A stretch of DNA of 44,751 nt from an uncultured bacterium (GCA_965364515.1 CBDTXZ010000003.1:1-44751); one strand, 5' to 3'. Counted from the first letter of the stretch, positions 1 through 10,017 are shown. Made by a program: numbers and translations. The notes: generated by a model not told the origin, from the sequence alone.

Positions 1-44
1 TGCAGCAGTTCGTCACGGACCTCGCGGACTTCACTGCCTCTTGA
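1..44 (+). CDS. 3' end of an upstream gene, probably the ABC substrate-binding protein (partial)
   Basis: Open frame QQFVTDLADFTAS-stop ends at TGA 42-44 and overlaps the TTG start of the permease. Product inferred from position only. Confidence 0.45.
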   Translation, partial: QQFVTDLADFTAS

Positions 45-1069
45 AAGGCACCTGGCTTCGAGGCAGGAGAGACCTGCGATGGCGTTTCGTCATCGCAGGT
101 CTCGTTGTCGTCCTCGTGGTCATGGTCGGTCTCGCCTTGACGCTTGGGGCTGCCGGTGTCGAGCGAACCGACGTGTGGCAGTCGTTGCTGCATCATCTCG
201 GCCTGAGACCCGACGCGCCACCGGCCGACGGAGTGGTGTGGGGAATCCGGATGCCGCGCGCCTTGCTTGCGGGCTTGGTGGGAGCGTTTCTGGGAATTGC
301 AGGGGTTGCTCTCCAGGGCTTGTATCGCAATCCGCTGGCCGACCCCCACCTGCTGGCGATCGGTCCTGGGGCCGCGATCGGAGCCGCCATCGGATCGCTC
401 GGTGCCGGAACCAGGGGAGCGGTCGCCGGCGGCGCCGCGATGGGTGTGGCAGCAGCGCTTCTGTCCCGAAGGGTTGCCCGCCGCCAGTCCGACGATGCGG
501 GCCGACTCGTGCTGGTCGGTGTGGCGCTGGGTGCCGTGTTGACCGCATGGGCGGGATTCATCGTCACGGGGTCCGATCGGACGCGAGTGCCTCCGATGGA
601 GTTCTGGCTGCTGGGAAACCTCGGATCGGCGACCTGGGTGTCCGTCCAGGCGCTCGCCGTGATCGGTGGCGCAGCCACGATCGTGTTGTTCGGGGCTTCT
701 CGGACGCTCGACCTCTTGGCGCTCGGTGAGACCGAAGCCACCCACCTCGGTGTCGATGTCGATCTCTCCGGCTCGATCGTCTCGATCGCAGTCGGGATGA
801 TGACCGGAGCCGCCGTCGGCGCTGGAGGCGTGATCGGATTCGTCGGATTGCTGATTCCGACGCTGATTCGGCCGATCGCTCCCTCGACCCACCGTTCGTT
901 GATCGTCGCTGCGGCGCTGGCAGGGAGCGCCTTCCTGATCGGAGCCGACACGTTCTCGAGGAACATCCTGGTACCGATCGAGATCCCGGTCGGGCTGGTC
1001 ACGACCGCGATCGGCGGCCCGGTGTTCCTCTGGCTGCTCGCTCGTCTCCGATCGGTGCAGTGGTCATGA
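41..1069 (+). CDS. FecCD/HmuU-family iron/heme ABC transporter permease
   Basis: IRMPRALLAGLVGA..LQGLYRNPLADP, LGETEATHLGV, IGFVGL and EIPVG motifs; many hydrophobic helices. Confidence 0.92.
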   Translation: MKGTWLRGRRDLRWRFVIAGLVVVLVVMVGLALTLGAAGVERTDVWQSLLHHLGLRPDAPPADGVVWGIRMPRALLAGLVGAFLGIAGVALQGLYRNPLADPHLLAIGPGAAIGAAIGSLGAGTRGAVAGGAAMGVAAALLSRRVARRQSDDAGRLVLVGVALGAVLTAWAGFIVTGSDRTRVPPMEFWLLGNLGSATWVSVQALAVIGGAATIVLFGASRTLDLLALGETEATHLGVDVDLSGSIVSIAVGMMTGAAVGAGGVIGFVGLLIPTLIRPIAPSTHRSLIVAAALAGSAFLIGADTFSRNILVPIEIPVGLVTTAIGGPVFLWLLARLRSVQWS

Positions 1070-1842
1070 CCGCCGTCGTGGTCGATACGGTCGGTGTGCG
1101 GATCGGCGATGCCATCCTGCTCGACGGAGTCTCGGTCCGGGTGTCGCCGGGCGAGGTCGTTGCCATCGTAGGACCGAACGGTGCCGGAAAATCGACGCTT
1201 CTGTCGGTGATGGCCGGCGATTCCCCACCGACCGCCGGTCGGGTCGAGATCGACGGAGGTGACGTTTCAGAGATGACGGTCGACCAGCTGTCACGCCTCC
1301 GTTCGATGCTCTCCCAGGATCTGCCAGCTCGGATCCCGCTTCGAGTGGGCGAGCTGGTCGAGCTCGGCCGCCATCCTCATCGCCGAGACCCGGAGAACTC
1401 TGACCGTCGAGACCGCGAAGTCGTTCGTCAGGCCATCAGTGCCGTCGAACTGAATGGCTGGGAGGATCGGATCGTCTCGACGCTGTCGGGAGGCGAGCGG
1501 CTTCGGGCGCATCTCGCACGGGTCATCGCCCAAGACACTCCGGTCGTTCTGCTCGACGAGCCCACCTCCGCACTGGACGTGGCTCACCAGGAGCACGTGT
1601 TGCGACTGTGCGAATCGCTTGCGCGTTCGGGGCGATCGGTGGCCCTCGTTCAGCACGACCTCAATGCCGCGGCTCGCTATGCAGACCGTGTCGTCGTCGT
1701 CGACCGGGGAGCCATCAAGGCTGACGGTCCTCCGGCACAGGTGCTGACAGGCGACCTGCTGAGCGATGTGTACCGCCAGCCGATGCTGGTGATCGACCAT
1801 CCGCACCGGGATTGCCCGCTGGTGCTGGTTGTAGATCGTTGA
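1066..1842 (+). CDS. Heme/iron ABC transporter ATP-binding protein (HmuV-like)
   Basis: Walker A GPNGAGKST, LSGGE signature, LLDEPT, HDLNAAARYAD, C-terminal HP; ATGA overlap with the permease. Confidence 0.92.
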   Translation: MTAVVVDTVGVRIGDAILLDGVSVRVSPGEVVAIVGPNGAGKSTLLSVMAGDSPPTAGRVEIDGGDVSEMTVDQLSRLRSMLSQDLPARIPLRVGELVELGRHPHRRDPENSDRRDREVVRQAISAVELNGWEDRIVSTLSGGERLRAHLARVIAQDTPVVLLDEPTSALDVAHQEHVLRLCESLARSGRSVALVQHDLNAAARYADRVVVVDRGAIKADGPPAQVLTGDLLSDVYRQPMLVIDHPHRDCPLVLVVDR

Positions 1843-2545
1843 TTCGTCGCTGGTTGAAGTGAAGCGACGGGCTGCGATCCTCTGAAATGACTCGATATCC
1901 GAGGTAGATCAGCGTCAGCCCGACGATCTCGGTCACATACAGAACCTCGACCATGCCTGCCCGGGTGAACGAGCCGCCGATGCCTGGCAGCAGCGCCCCG
2001 ATCGCGATCAGCCAGTTGCCGGTGACTCGGGGGCCGGAGCGGCCGCTCTTCTTCCGATAGCGCCACGCCGACCAGGCCGCTCCACCGACCAGCATGAACA
2101 GGGCGTATGTGTTGGCGAGAGGCGAGAACAGCCGCACCCACTGCCACTCCATGACCTCTCCCGACAGTCGGTGGGGCTCCACGAGCGAGAGGTCGAGCGG
2201 GGTGAGGATGACGAACGCCGACGCCATCGCGACGTATCCGATCAGGATCACCGAGATCCGGTCGGCGGTCTTCTGCTTCAGCAACAGGTAGGCGGTGCCC
2301 TGTGCGAGTGGTGCTCCTCCGAGGAGTGCGCCTGCGATGTACCACGATCGGAACACCACCGGGCTCCATCCGGCCACCGTGGTCGTGGCCTCGGTAAACG
2401 TCCCGAGCCCGTACAGCGCCACACCGATCATCCACCACAACAGGTAGCGCTTGGGATTCTTCCGCCAGTGCAGATACAGCACATAGGTGAAGTAGGCGGC
2501 GAAGACCGTGGTGATGATGGGGACGTACCTGATTGCTTCGAGCAA
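1715..2545 (-). CDS. Multi-pass membrane protein of unknown function
   Basis: About 7 hydrophobic segments; TTG start 5 nt after AAGAGGAAAG. The C-terminal tail overlaps the ABC ATPase gene on the opposite strand. Confidence 0.8.
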   Translation of the reverse strand: MLEAIRYVPIITTVFAAYFTYVLYLHWRKNPKRYLLWWMIGVALYGLGTFTEATTTVAGWSPVVFRSWYIAGALLGGAPLAQGTAYLLLKQKTADRISVILIGYVAMASAFVILTPLDLSLVEPHRLSGEVMEWQWVRLFSPLANTYALFMLVGGAAWSAWRYRKKSGRSGPRVTGNWLIAIGALLPGIGGSFTRAGMVEVLYVTEIVGLTLIYLGYRVISEDRSPSLHFNQRRINDLQPAPAGNPGADGRSPASAGGTHRSAGRLSAPVPEDRQP

Positions 2546-2924
2546 ACCGTCTTTCCTCTTTCGCTGCGGTGACCCTACCGCCCACCGTGTTGACAACGAG
2601 TCGGATCACGGGGTGCATCCGATGGTTTCGCAGATCGAGCTCGGTCATGGTCGCAGAGCACAGGGTCTCGACCGTCTCGACATCGAGCCTTGCCGCTTGG
2701 CGAGCAGAGAGAGTGCATCTGTGTCGGGCGGCGACTCCGTCGTGTCGTCGGCCCGTGTTCGGCGTGGCTGCCGTCGGCATCAGAGGCTGCAGTGCTGCCT
2801 TCGGCCTTCATCCCTCTTGAAGGCAGGACATGGCGTTGTCTGCCGGCCGCGTTACCGTGACAGGGCACGGTGCGGTCCTCGAGACGGCCACCTGCGAGAC
2901 CACCCGAATGTGAGGCGCGTGCGC

Positions 2925-3674
2925 GTGACCAGTAGTGACTTGGCCGATCAGACTGCCGAGGTGACGCGCCTCCAGACGCAGTTGCGAAGACCTCTGGCTG
3001 CCATGATCGTGCTCCTCGTGGCCTGGAACGTGCTCGCCAACACCCTTCCGCAGGCCGCCCAACTCCCGACCAGCGTCATCGCCACCTTCCTCCTCATCCT
3101 CGTTGCCCGTCGCTCGGGCCTCGAATGGTCGCAGGTCGGCATGGCGCGCAGGGACCTGGCAAATGGTGTCAGAGTCGGTGTCATTGCGGCGGGGGTCGTG
3201 ATCCTGGCGTTGATCACAGCGGCCGCCGTCCCGGCGACCCTGAGCGTCTTTGCCGACGGTCGGTTCGTCGCCATGGGGATGCCTCGAGCGCTGTACGAGA
3301 TGCTGTTGAGGATCCCGCTCGCGGTCGCTTTCGCCGAGGAGGTCGCGTTCCGAGGTGTGCTCCTCGGAATGCTGATGGTTCGGATGACTCCGCTGCGCGC
3401 CGCGCTCGTTTCCTCGGCGATCTTCGGTCTGTGGCACGTCCTTCCAGCCATCGCAGCCCTCGAGACGACGTCGGGAATCGCAGAGGCGTCTTCGAACGGC
3501 GCCCAGATCGGTCTCGTCGTCGGTCAGGTGCTCTTGACGGGGATCGCGGGGCTCGTCTTCTGCTGGCTACGACTGCGAGGGAGGCATCTTGCTTCGGCCA
3601 TCCTCGTCCATGCACCACTCAACTCCGTGTCATTTGCCATCGGATGGCTCGCAGTGCAGAACGCCTGGGCTTGA
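2925..3674 (+). CDS. CPBP (Abi/CAAX-protease) family intramembrane glutamic endopeptidase
   Basis: EEVAFRG, FGLWH and HAPLN motifs. Start moved to GTG 2925 because the upstream part of the ORF is not protein-like. Confidence 0.88.
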   Translation: MTSSDLADQTAEVTRLQTQLRRPLAAMIVLLVAWNVLANTLPQAAQLPTSVIATFLLILVARRSGLEWSQVGMARRDLANGVRVGVIAAGVVILALITAAAVPATLSVFADGRFVAMGMPRALYEMLLRIPLAVAFAEEVAFRGVLLGMLMVRMTPLRAALVSSAIFGLWHVLPAIAALETTSGIAEASSNGAQIGLVVGQVLLTGIAGLVFCWLRLRGRHLASAILVHAPLNSVSFAIGWLAVQNAWA

Positions 3675-3827
3675 ACCGCATCGACGGTCCGCCGATGGCG
3701 CCGCCCGTCCGTCGCCACCAAACCGAGATCTCGGCTCGGATGGAGCTCCCGGGAGTCCGACGGTGATCGGTCCGGTCTGCGGAACCAGACACGCGCCTCC
3801 GTCGCTGCGCTGATACCCGACGGTTGG

Positions 3828-4037
3828 TCAGCGGTCCAACGCAACCAGATGGGTGAACGCCGCCTCGACGGTGAGGGCCTGCTCCACGAGAGTGTTTTTG
3901 ACACCGGGATCGATGTCGAGCGACTCGAGCCACTCACGGTGGGCCGTCGCAGCCTGGCGATGAACCTCGACGTCGGCATGGCCCGCATATGCATCGACGA
4001 TTGCGTTCGTGTATTGCTGGTACACCATGTAAGCCAA
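3828..4037 (-). CDS. Small hypothetical protein
   Basis: 69-aa ORF with helical, protein-like composition, starting 8 nt after the stop of the SnoaL-UBP gene on the same strand. Confidence 0.55.
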   Translation of the reverse strand: MAYMVYQQYTNAIVDAYAGHADVEVHRQAATAHREWLESLDIDPGVKNTLVEQALTVEAAFTHLVALDR

Positions 4038-4045
4038 ACCGGCCC

Positions 4046-4831
4046 CTACCGATACTTGTCGAGGGTGGCCGTCTCGAAGAAGGCTCCGTCCTCGTAGCAG
4101 AACATCCAGCCCTCATCCATCCGGATCGATCGCATGAGGGCATGGCCGGTCTCTTCGTAGTGCTTCTTCATGTGCATGTTCTTCGAGGTGTCGCAGCAGC
4201 CGACGAAACCACAGGTCATGCACATGCGCAACGCCGGCCAATAATCGCCCGCCTCGTAGCACTGCGAACACATCCGTGTGGGCGGTTCCGTCACTTGGAT
4301 CTGCTCGAGATGCGCACAGTCCTTGTCGCCCGCTTGACCCGTGAAGACGACCTTGAGGAGGAACTCGGGAGGTGAGACCGGATACAGCGGCGCGCGGTCC
4401 ATCTGATCAGGTGGGTTGATCAAGCCGAGCTCGCGAAGGACGCCGAGCACCTCGGGCAGTTCGACATTCTCGAAGCGGACGGCGAACGCATCCTCGATCG
4501 GCTTGAGGGAGATGTCCGCGATCCAGGTGACCCGGTTGCCCGAGCCCGGGGCACCCCAGAGCACTGCGTCGTGCGTTCCATCGAGGGTGAGGGTCGCCGA
4601 GTACCCCTCGTCCGAAGGCGTCAGTTCGGTGATCGTCACGGTCAGATCCGACATCGCATTGTCGAGATCGTTCAGGATCTTCATGAAGCGATCCGTGGCC
4701 GTCGGTTCGTCGTCTGCCGGGATGTGCGACCAGAACTGTGGAGCGATGTACTCGGTGAGGGCATCGAAGTCGCCTTCCGCAAGCGACTCGATCAACCCAT
4801 GGAGGCGCGCTTCTGCATGCTTGGACATCAT
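4046..4831 (-). CDS. SnoaL/ester-cyclase-like domain fused to a UBP-type zinc finger
   Basis: N-terminal GDFDAL..IAP..GTH...GAPGSG..V.W pattern; C-terminal CAHL..CSQC..W..LRMCMTCGFVGCCDTSKN.H...H..TGH..W.FCYED. RBS GAGAGGA before ATG 4831. Confidence 0.85.
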   Translation of the reverse strand: MMSKHAEARLHGLIESLAEGDFDALTEYIAPQFWSHIPADDEPTATDRFMKILNDLDNAMSDLTVTITELTPSDEGYSATLTLDGTHDAVLWGAPGSGNRVTWIADISLKPIEDAFAVRFENVELPEVLGVLRELGLINPPDQMDRAPLYPVSPPEFLLKVVFTGQAGDKDCAHLEQIQVTEPPTRMCSQCYEAGDYWPALRMCMTCGFVGCCDTSKNMHMKKHYEETGHALMRSIRMDEGWMFCYEDGAFFETATLDKYR

Positions 4832-4995
4832 GGTCCTCTCGTCGGCCACACGTCGGACGCTACCTCCCACGGCCTGTTCGCGTCGGCGCCTGTACGGAGT
4901 TGCCGACTCGGCTTCGGGCAATGCGGTCCGATGGACTCTGGGTCCGACCCAAACGTTCATCCACAGTGGAGTCGTCGAGGTTCAGGAGGACCGAC

Positions 4996-5442
4996 ATGAC
5001 GAACGTGCGGACCGGAATCAGGCTGCTACTGGGATTGGTCGCCGTCGGGAACGGCGCCATCGGCCTACTCGGCGTGCTTCCGGGCGTTCCCGTCAGCAGG
5101 GTGGCGACGGCCTTCTACTCGGCATCGCTGACTGTCGACCCGCAGACCGAGCACATCACCGAGATGTTCGGCGCATACATGCTCACGGTGGGCGTGCTCG
5201 CCGGGTTCGCAGCGTTCCGGCCCGAGAGATACCAGGTCATCACCTTTTCGGTGGCCGCAATGCTCTCGCTCCGAACCGTCCAGCGGATCGTGTTCGCCTC
5301 AGAGCAGAGCGACGTGTTCGGAATCTCCGGCTTGTACTACTGGTCGCAGACAGTGGTGTTCTTTGCAATCGGGGTGGGGCTCGCGTGGCTCGGTTGGAAG
5401 CTCAGCGGGGAGAGATCCAACGGCGAAACCATCGAGGCCTGA
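4996..5442 (+). CDS. Four-helix membrane protein of unknown function
   Basis: AGGAGG RBS before ATG 4996; four hydrophobic segments. Confidence 0.75.
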   Translation: MTNVRTGIRLLLGLVAVGNGAIGLLGVLPGVPVSRVATAFYSASLTVDPQTEHITEMFGAYMLTVGVLAGFAAFRPERYQVITFSVAAMLSLRTVQRIVFASEQSDVFGISGLYYWSQTVVFFAIGVGLAWLGWKLSGERSNGETIEA

Positions 5443-6456
5443 TCAGACGCCCATCTCGAGCAGGGCGAACACCCGACCTGGTGTGGCACCCAGCGCCCGG
5501 ACGAGCGACTGCGGGCGGGTGTTCTCGGATCTGATCCACGATGCCTCCAACGTTCGATAGCCCTTGGAGAGCAGACGCGCCGCCAGTGTCGATCCCAACG
5601 CCATCGCCACGCTCTGCCTACGCCAGCCTGGTGCGACGCCTATCGAGACCAAACGGGCGCGGTCGACGGGAGGCTCCTGCCACACGTCGGGGAGACAGAG
5701 CAGCACCCCTGCGATCTCCCCGGCACCGTCTTCGGCCAACAGCACGAGATCGACATCGACCGCGGGCAGCAGTCGTCGAGCGAGACTCTCTCCCGCAGAT
5801 CGGCTTCGAAGGACCCGGCCGTGGCGACTTCCGAACACGGAATCTTGGAACGCCTCGATACGTCGGATCTCGTCATCGATCTTCGAGGGATCGGGGTTCC
5901 GGATCTCGATGCCACCAGGCGGTTCGTGCCGAAAGGCGGGAACTCGATCGCGTGTGAACTCGAAGCTGACCAGCCGCTTCCGCACTGCGAATCCCGCAGA
6001 CCGGAACACGTCGAGATAGAAGGACGGGTTGTGTGCCGTGAACACCGTGTGAGGCCGGTCGAATCCTTCGATCAGGAGGCCCGCCCTGAGCTCGTCGACC
6101 CGGGGACCGACCACCGAGGTCCTCCCCACGGCCCGAAGCCAGTCGACACAGCGCTCCAGCGCCGCCTTCCCTGCGAACACGCTGTCTGGCAGGCACTCGA
6201 ACAGCCCGACCCACCCCTCGTCGGCATCGGCCGCCGAGATCCCCATCGCCCTCGCCACCGGGCGACCGTCATCGAATACGACCACGGCGAGCATCTCGAT
6301 CTCTCCCGACGCCGACCGGGCCAGGCATTCGTCGATCGCTTGCTCGGAGTCCGGCGCCCAGACCGGATCGGTGGCGTACAGGGCCGGAGCGACGCTCCGA
6401 AACGCCGTCAGGACTCCGTCGTCTCGGGTTGTCGACGAGACTTGGATCATCGACAT
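5443..6456 (-). CDS. YghO/bacterial ceramide synthase-like GNAT acyltransferase
   Basis: LYATDPVWAP, GWVGLFEC, GLLIEGFDRP..HNPSFY, CLPD, IGVAPGWRRQ and GY.TLEASWIRSEN follow the two-GNAT YghO-family layout. Confidence 0.8.
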   Translation of the reverse strand: MSMIQVSSTTRDDGVLTAFRSVAPALYATDPVWAPDSEQAIDECLARSASGEIEMLAVVVFDDGRPVARAMGISAADADEGWVGLFECLPDSVFAGKAALERCVDWLRAVGRTSVVGPRVDELRAGLLIEGFDRPHTVFTAHNPSFYLDVFRSAGFAVRKRLVSFEFTRDRVPAFRHEPPGGIEIRNPDPSKIDDEIRRIEAFQDSVFGSRHGRVLRSRSAGESLARRLLPAVDVDLVLLAEDGAGEIAGVLLCLPDVWQEPPVDRARLVSIGVAPGWRRQSVAMALGSTLAARLLSKGYRTLEASWIRSENTRPQSLVRALGATPGRVFALLEMGV

Positions 6457-7763
6457 CTGTTCACCACCCGCACCAATTTGTGCGAGATCGGGTCGCGCAA
6501 CGGGGGAGCGGTGCTGAACCGGACGGTGCCGATCCGACCACCGGCGCGAGCTGACCAGTGCTCGAGGTTGGCGATGATCGCCTGCCGGATCGCCCCAGTG
6601 TCGGCCCCTTCGACCAGATCGAGCCGGATCTCGATCTCATCGGGGGTTAGCTGGATCGCCTGATACTCGACGATGTCGGCCGATGCCTGGTTGACGGAGC
6701 GCCGTACGTAGTCGGGCATCAGCCGAACGCTGCCGCCGCCCAACCCAGTGAGCAGAAACACCGAATCAGCCCTGCCGTGGATCCGGTCGATCCGACGAAA
6801 GGCCGACCCGCATGAGCATGAACGGTCGCCCACCTCGATCAGGTCGTTCAGCTCGTAGCGGATGAACGGTTGTGTCCGCCGGTAGAGGTCCGTGACGACC
6901 ACCCGCCTCGCCTCGCCCAATGTATCGCCCGCGGTGTCCAGTTCGACGAGCGCGGTGTCCTCGCTGAGATGGAGGCGACCTTCACGGCAGGTGAACCCGA
7001 GCATGCCCTCGGCACCCTGATAGATCTCCGACACCGGCGCTCCGAACGCGTCCGAGAGGCGTGCTTTCGTGGTGGCGTCAGCTTCCTCGGCATACACGAT
7101 CACCGCTTCGATGGGTCCCTCGATCCGCCTCGCCTGCTCCGCAAGGAGCACGAGCAGTGACGGCGGCCCGGCGAGCACGTTCAGGCGATGGAGATTCACG
7201 AGTTTCACGAGCTCGTCGACTGGCACGAAGTAGTCGACGTACTGCAACTCCACCCCGAGCGCAGTGACAGCCGTGAATGCCGGATTGTTGGTGCGGAGCG
7301 CGAACAGGACCCGGCGCTCCTCCAGGTCGCCGGGGATGCCGCTCCGGGCCCACACCAGGGCGGCATACGCCGCTCGTTCCCTGGCCGAGAGCACCGTCAA
7401 CACCTTGTTGCCCGATGTCCCGCTCGAGAGTCCCACTGCGTAGCCGCCCGGGTAGAGGTCGGTCAGGCCGAGTCGCTCCTGTGAAATCCGGAACGCCACC
7501 AGCTCGTCGCGATCGAGTTGGGCGGTGTTGATCTCATTGAAGTGCTCCATCATCAGCGACTTCGTCATCCGAGGTACGGACGAAAGCTCGATGTCGCCGG
7601 GCGGGATGCGATGGCGGTAGTAGGGGGACCGCTGCCGAACGTGGGCGAGGATGCGTGCGAGACGACGCCGTTGATGTCGTTGCAGTCGCTCTTCACTCCA
7701 TCGTTCGGTTCGCCACTGCAGGTAGCGGGCCACCGTTTGCCACCCGTATCGGGCGAGCCTCAT
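6447..7763 (-). CDS. Adenylate-forming enzyme, phenylacetate-CoA ligase/F390 synthetase family
   Basis: SPYY, GLSSGTSG P-loop, EIYQGAEG, TDLYRRTQPFIRYELND, CSCGS, GRAD; ATGA overlap with the MFS stop. Confidence 0.88.
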   Translation of the reverse strand: MRLARYGWQTVARYLQWRTERWSEERLQRHQRRRLARILAHVRQRSPYYRHRIPPGDIELSSVPRMTKSLMMEHFNEINTAQLDRDELVAFRISQERLGLTDLYPGGYAVGLSSGTSGNKVLTVLSARERAAYAALVWARSGIPGDLEERRVLFALRTNNPAFTAVTALGVELQYVDYFVPVDELVKLVNLHRLNVLAGPPSLLVLLAEQARRIEGPIEAVIVYAEEADATTKARLSDAFGAPVSEIYQGAEGMLGFTCREGRLHLSEDTALVELDTAGDTLGEARRVVVTDLYRRTQPFIRYELNDLIEVGDRSCSCGSAFRRIDRIHGRADSVFLLTGLGGGSVRLMPDYVRRSVNQASADIVEYQAIQLTPDEIEIRLDLVEGADTGAIRQAIIANLEHWSARAGGRIGTVRFSTAPPLRDPISHKLVRVVNRCR

Positions 7764-9214
7764 GAGGCAGGAGTCGGGTTGCGGCGCGTCAACTCGACGA
7801 CCGCCTCGTCGAAGCGATCCCGAGTGATCCGGTAGCGGCGGAGGAGGACCGCGGCAGCGACCAGGAAGGCCCCGGGAATCGTGGCAAACGCAATCCGGAC
7901 TCCGAGCACTGCCTGAGCCGACTGGACATCGGCGCCCCCTCGATATCCGAACGAATCGAGGAACACCCCGAGGACGAACCCGGCCACCCCGAGACCAATC
8001 TGATGAATCGTCATCCACAAACCGAAGAACACAGATTCGTGACGTTCGCCGGTCTCGTACTCGTACCATTCGACGAGGTCTGGAACCAGCGATGGCGGGA
8101 TCAGGACGTATGCCGACATCGCTGCGCCGAGCAGCGCAGATCCGCCCACGAAGACGGCAAGCGAATCCGCCGAAGCGAGAAGACCGACGCCGGCGAGGAT
8201 GACCGCAGCGGCCACGTTCGAAGCCAGAACGAGATCACGCTTGTCGAATCGATGGGTGAGCCGCGTCCAAACCGGGATCAACGAAGCGGCGACGAGCGTG
8301 TACACGGCCAGGCTGATCGAGGCGGCGGTCCCGGAGCCGACGACGTGGAGGGCGAAGAACGGGAGGACCGCAGTGAGAACCCCCGTGGCCACGGCGCCGA
8401 GCAGTTTGTGGCCGAGCAGCGTGGACACGTTCGGCTCGAGTGCGAGCGCGAGGTACCGGCGAAGCGGAATCGGTGTGATGTCGTTGCCTGATCGGTCTTC
8501 GATGCCCCGAACGGCACGAGCCGCAAGAAGAATCGCGATCGCGCAGAAGGCGCCGAACCCGATCGCCATGGTCCGCAACGCCGACTCGAGACCCACCCGA
8601 GACGACACGACCAGCGCGATACCGCCGCCCATGATCGTTCCCACCGCCGAGAAGATCGCCTTGAAGCCGACGAGCCGGGTTCTCTCGTCGTAGTCCGTCG
8701 TCATGACAGGTACCAGCGCCTGGTACGGCACGCCGACCAGCGAATACGTGGTTGCGAACACCAGGACGAGGGTCACCGCCAACCCGAAGATCATGGGGGT
8801 CGATGCTTCGGCTGGGAGCCACCACAGCGCGATGAAGCTCACCCCGAACGGAGCGGCACCGTACAGCAGGTACACGCGCTTGCGTCCGTGCCGCGAGGAG
8901 GTGCGGTCACTCAGGATCCCGACCAGCGGGTCGTTGACGCCGTCCCACAGCTTCCCGATCAACACGACCGTCCCCGCAAGCGCAGCGGACATTCCGACCA
9001 CGTCGGTGAGATAGAAGAGGAAGAAGAATCCGAAGGCGAAGTAGGCGATCGAGATCCCCAGGTCGCCTGCGGCGTAGCCCAGCCCGATGCGACGCGGTAT
9101 CGACCCCTTCGAGCCTGCTCTCATCTCGCCGCTCATGTGATGATGATGCCCAGCGGCCGACCTCGACGACATGGCCATTCGACCCGTGTCCTGAAGTTGG
9201 TTCGAAAGAAGCAT
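7760..9214 (-). CDS. MFS transporter, glycoside-pentoside-hexuronide (MelB/MFS_2) family
   Basis: GYAAGDLG, WDGVNDPLVGILSDRT.SR.GR, DERTRL, PDLVE..E..TGER.E; about 12 TM helices. ATG 9214 overlaps the upstream stop (TGATG); later starts (e.g. 9178) are possible. Confidence 0.9.
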   Translation of the reverse strand: MLLSNQLQDTGRMAMSSRSAAGHHHHMSGEMRAGSKGSIPRRIGLGYAAGDLGISIAYFAFGFFFLFYLTDVVGMSAALAGTVVLIGKLWDGVNDPLVGILSDRTSSRHGRKRVYLLYGAAPFGVSFIALWWLPAEASTPMIFGLAVTLVLVFATTYSLVGVPYQALVPVMTTDYDERTRLVGFKAIFSAVGTIMGGGIALVVSSRVGLESALRTMAIGFGAFCAIAILLAARAVRGIEDRSGNDITPIPLRRYLALALEPNVSTLLGHKLLGAVATGVLTAVLPFFALHVVGSGTAASISLAVYTLVAASLIPVWTRLTHRFDKRDLVLASNVAAAVILAGVGLLASADSLAVFVGGSALLGAAMSAYVLIPPSLVPDLVEWYEYETGERHESVFFGLWMTIHQIGLGVAGFVLGVFLDSFGYRGGADVQSAQAVLGVRIAFATIPGAFLVAAAVLLRRYRITRDRFDEAVVELTRRNPTPAS

Positions 9215-10017
9215 CAGCCGGCGACTGCCGTGTCGAAGGTGCGCTGGGGGGACGGGCGCGTCGATCCCGAACCTCTCGCGCTCTGGATGTTTGACAGCTC
9301 GGGCGGTGCTGCTGTGGGAGAACCCGAGGCCAAGTCGATGAGAAGGTCGGCGCCGGACGGGTATTCACGACCCACGTGGTGCGAGACGAGTGTTACTCCA
9401 CCGGCACCAAACACCTGCAGCGAACCGAGATGTCCGACCAATGCTGTGTCCTCGTCGATACCAAGCACCTGATGACCACGGAGGAAGCGGCATGCCCTTT
9501 CCGCCCAACGTCGCGCTCGGAAGCGATCGAAATGCGGGGCGGCGACGAAGCCTTCGAGGACACCAAGTCCTGGCAGCAAAGCGAGAGGATTCGGCGGATA
9601 CAAGCGCAAACGATGGCGGAACAGGCACATCGCTCCCGCCGATGAGCCCGCCAACCCCGCACCGCTCGACCACCGATCGACGATCAGATCACGAAGTGGT
9701 GAGCTCCCCAGCTCTCGCATCAGTCGATTCGGGTAACCCCCGGGTAGCACGATCAGGTCGGCCCTCTCTATGACTTCGTACGATGACTCGATGTATCGGT
9801 CGAGGCCGACGATCGAGACGGAAACCCCCAGAGACGTCCAGTGGTCGTGAGCGAGCCCGGCCGTTACCGGACGCCGCCGAGGGGAAGAGGCGGCAGGGAT
9901 CACGGCCACCGAGGGAGAACGCGCTCCGGTCAACTCCAGGAGCCGGCGATCCCCTGCGATGCACGGAGGCAGGTGCTCGCCGCCTCCGAGAAGGGCGATG
10001 GGACCGAAGGAAGTCAT
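9214..10017 (-). CDS. Peptidase S51 (cyanophycinase/peptidase E-like) hydrolase
   Basis: LLGGGE, IPAAS, LPGG, GSSAG (Ser), PHFD (His), GIDEDTAL (Glu); ATGA overlap with the upstream gene. Confidence 0.85.
   Translation of the reverse strand: MTSFGPIALLGGGEHLPPCIAGDRRLLELTGARSPSVAVIPAASSPRRRPVTAGLAHDHWTSLGVSVSIVGLDRYIESSYEVIERADLIVLPGGYPNRLMRELGSSPLRDLIVDRWSSGAGLAGSSAGAMCLFRHRLRLYPPNPLALLPGLGVLEGFVAAPHFDRFRARRWAERACRFLRGHQVLGIDEDTALVGHLGSLQVFGAGGVTLVSHHVGREYPSGADLLIDLASGSPTAAPPELSNIQSARGSGSTRPSPQRTFDTAVAG

Noticed and set aside
2546-2924. 380-nt gap with a CTGCCTTC/GAAGGCAG hairpin and a vaguely protein-like minus-strand frame (LSARQAARLDVETVETL)
   Set aside because: No recognisable riboswitch consensus and no convincing start or motif; it may be a decayed gene but this cannot be supported.
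3675-3827. Short palindromes CCGAGATCTCGG and CTCCCGGGAG between convergent genes
   Set aside because: Short GC-rich palindromes are expected by chance and are not repeated elsewhere as a family.
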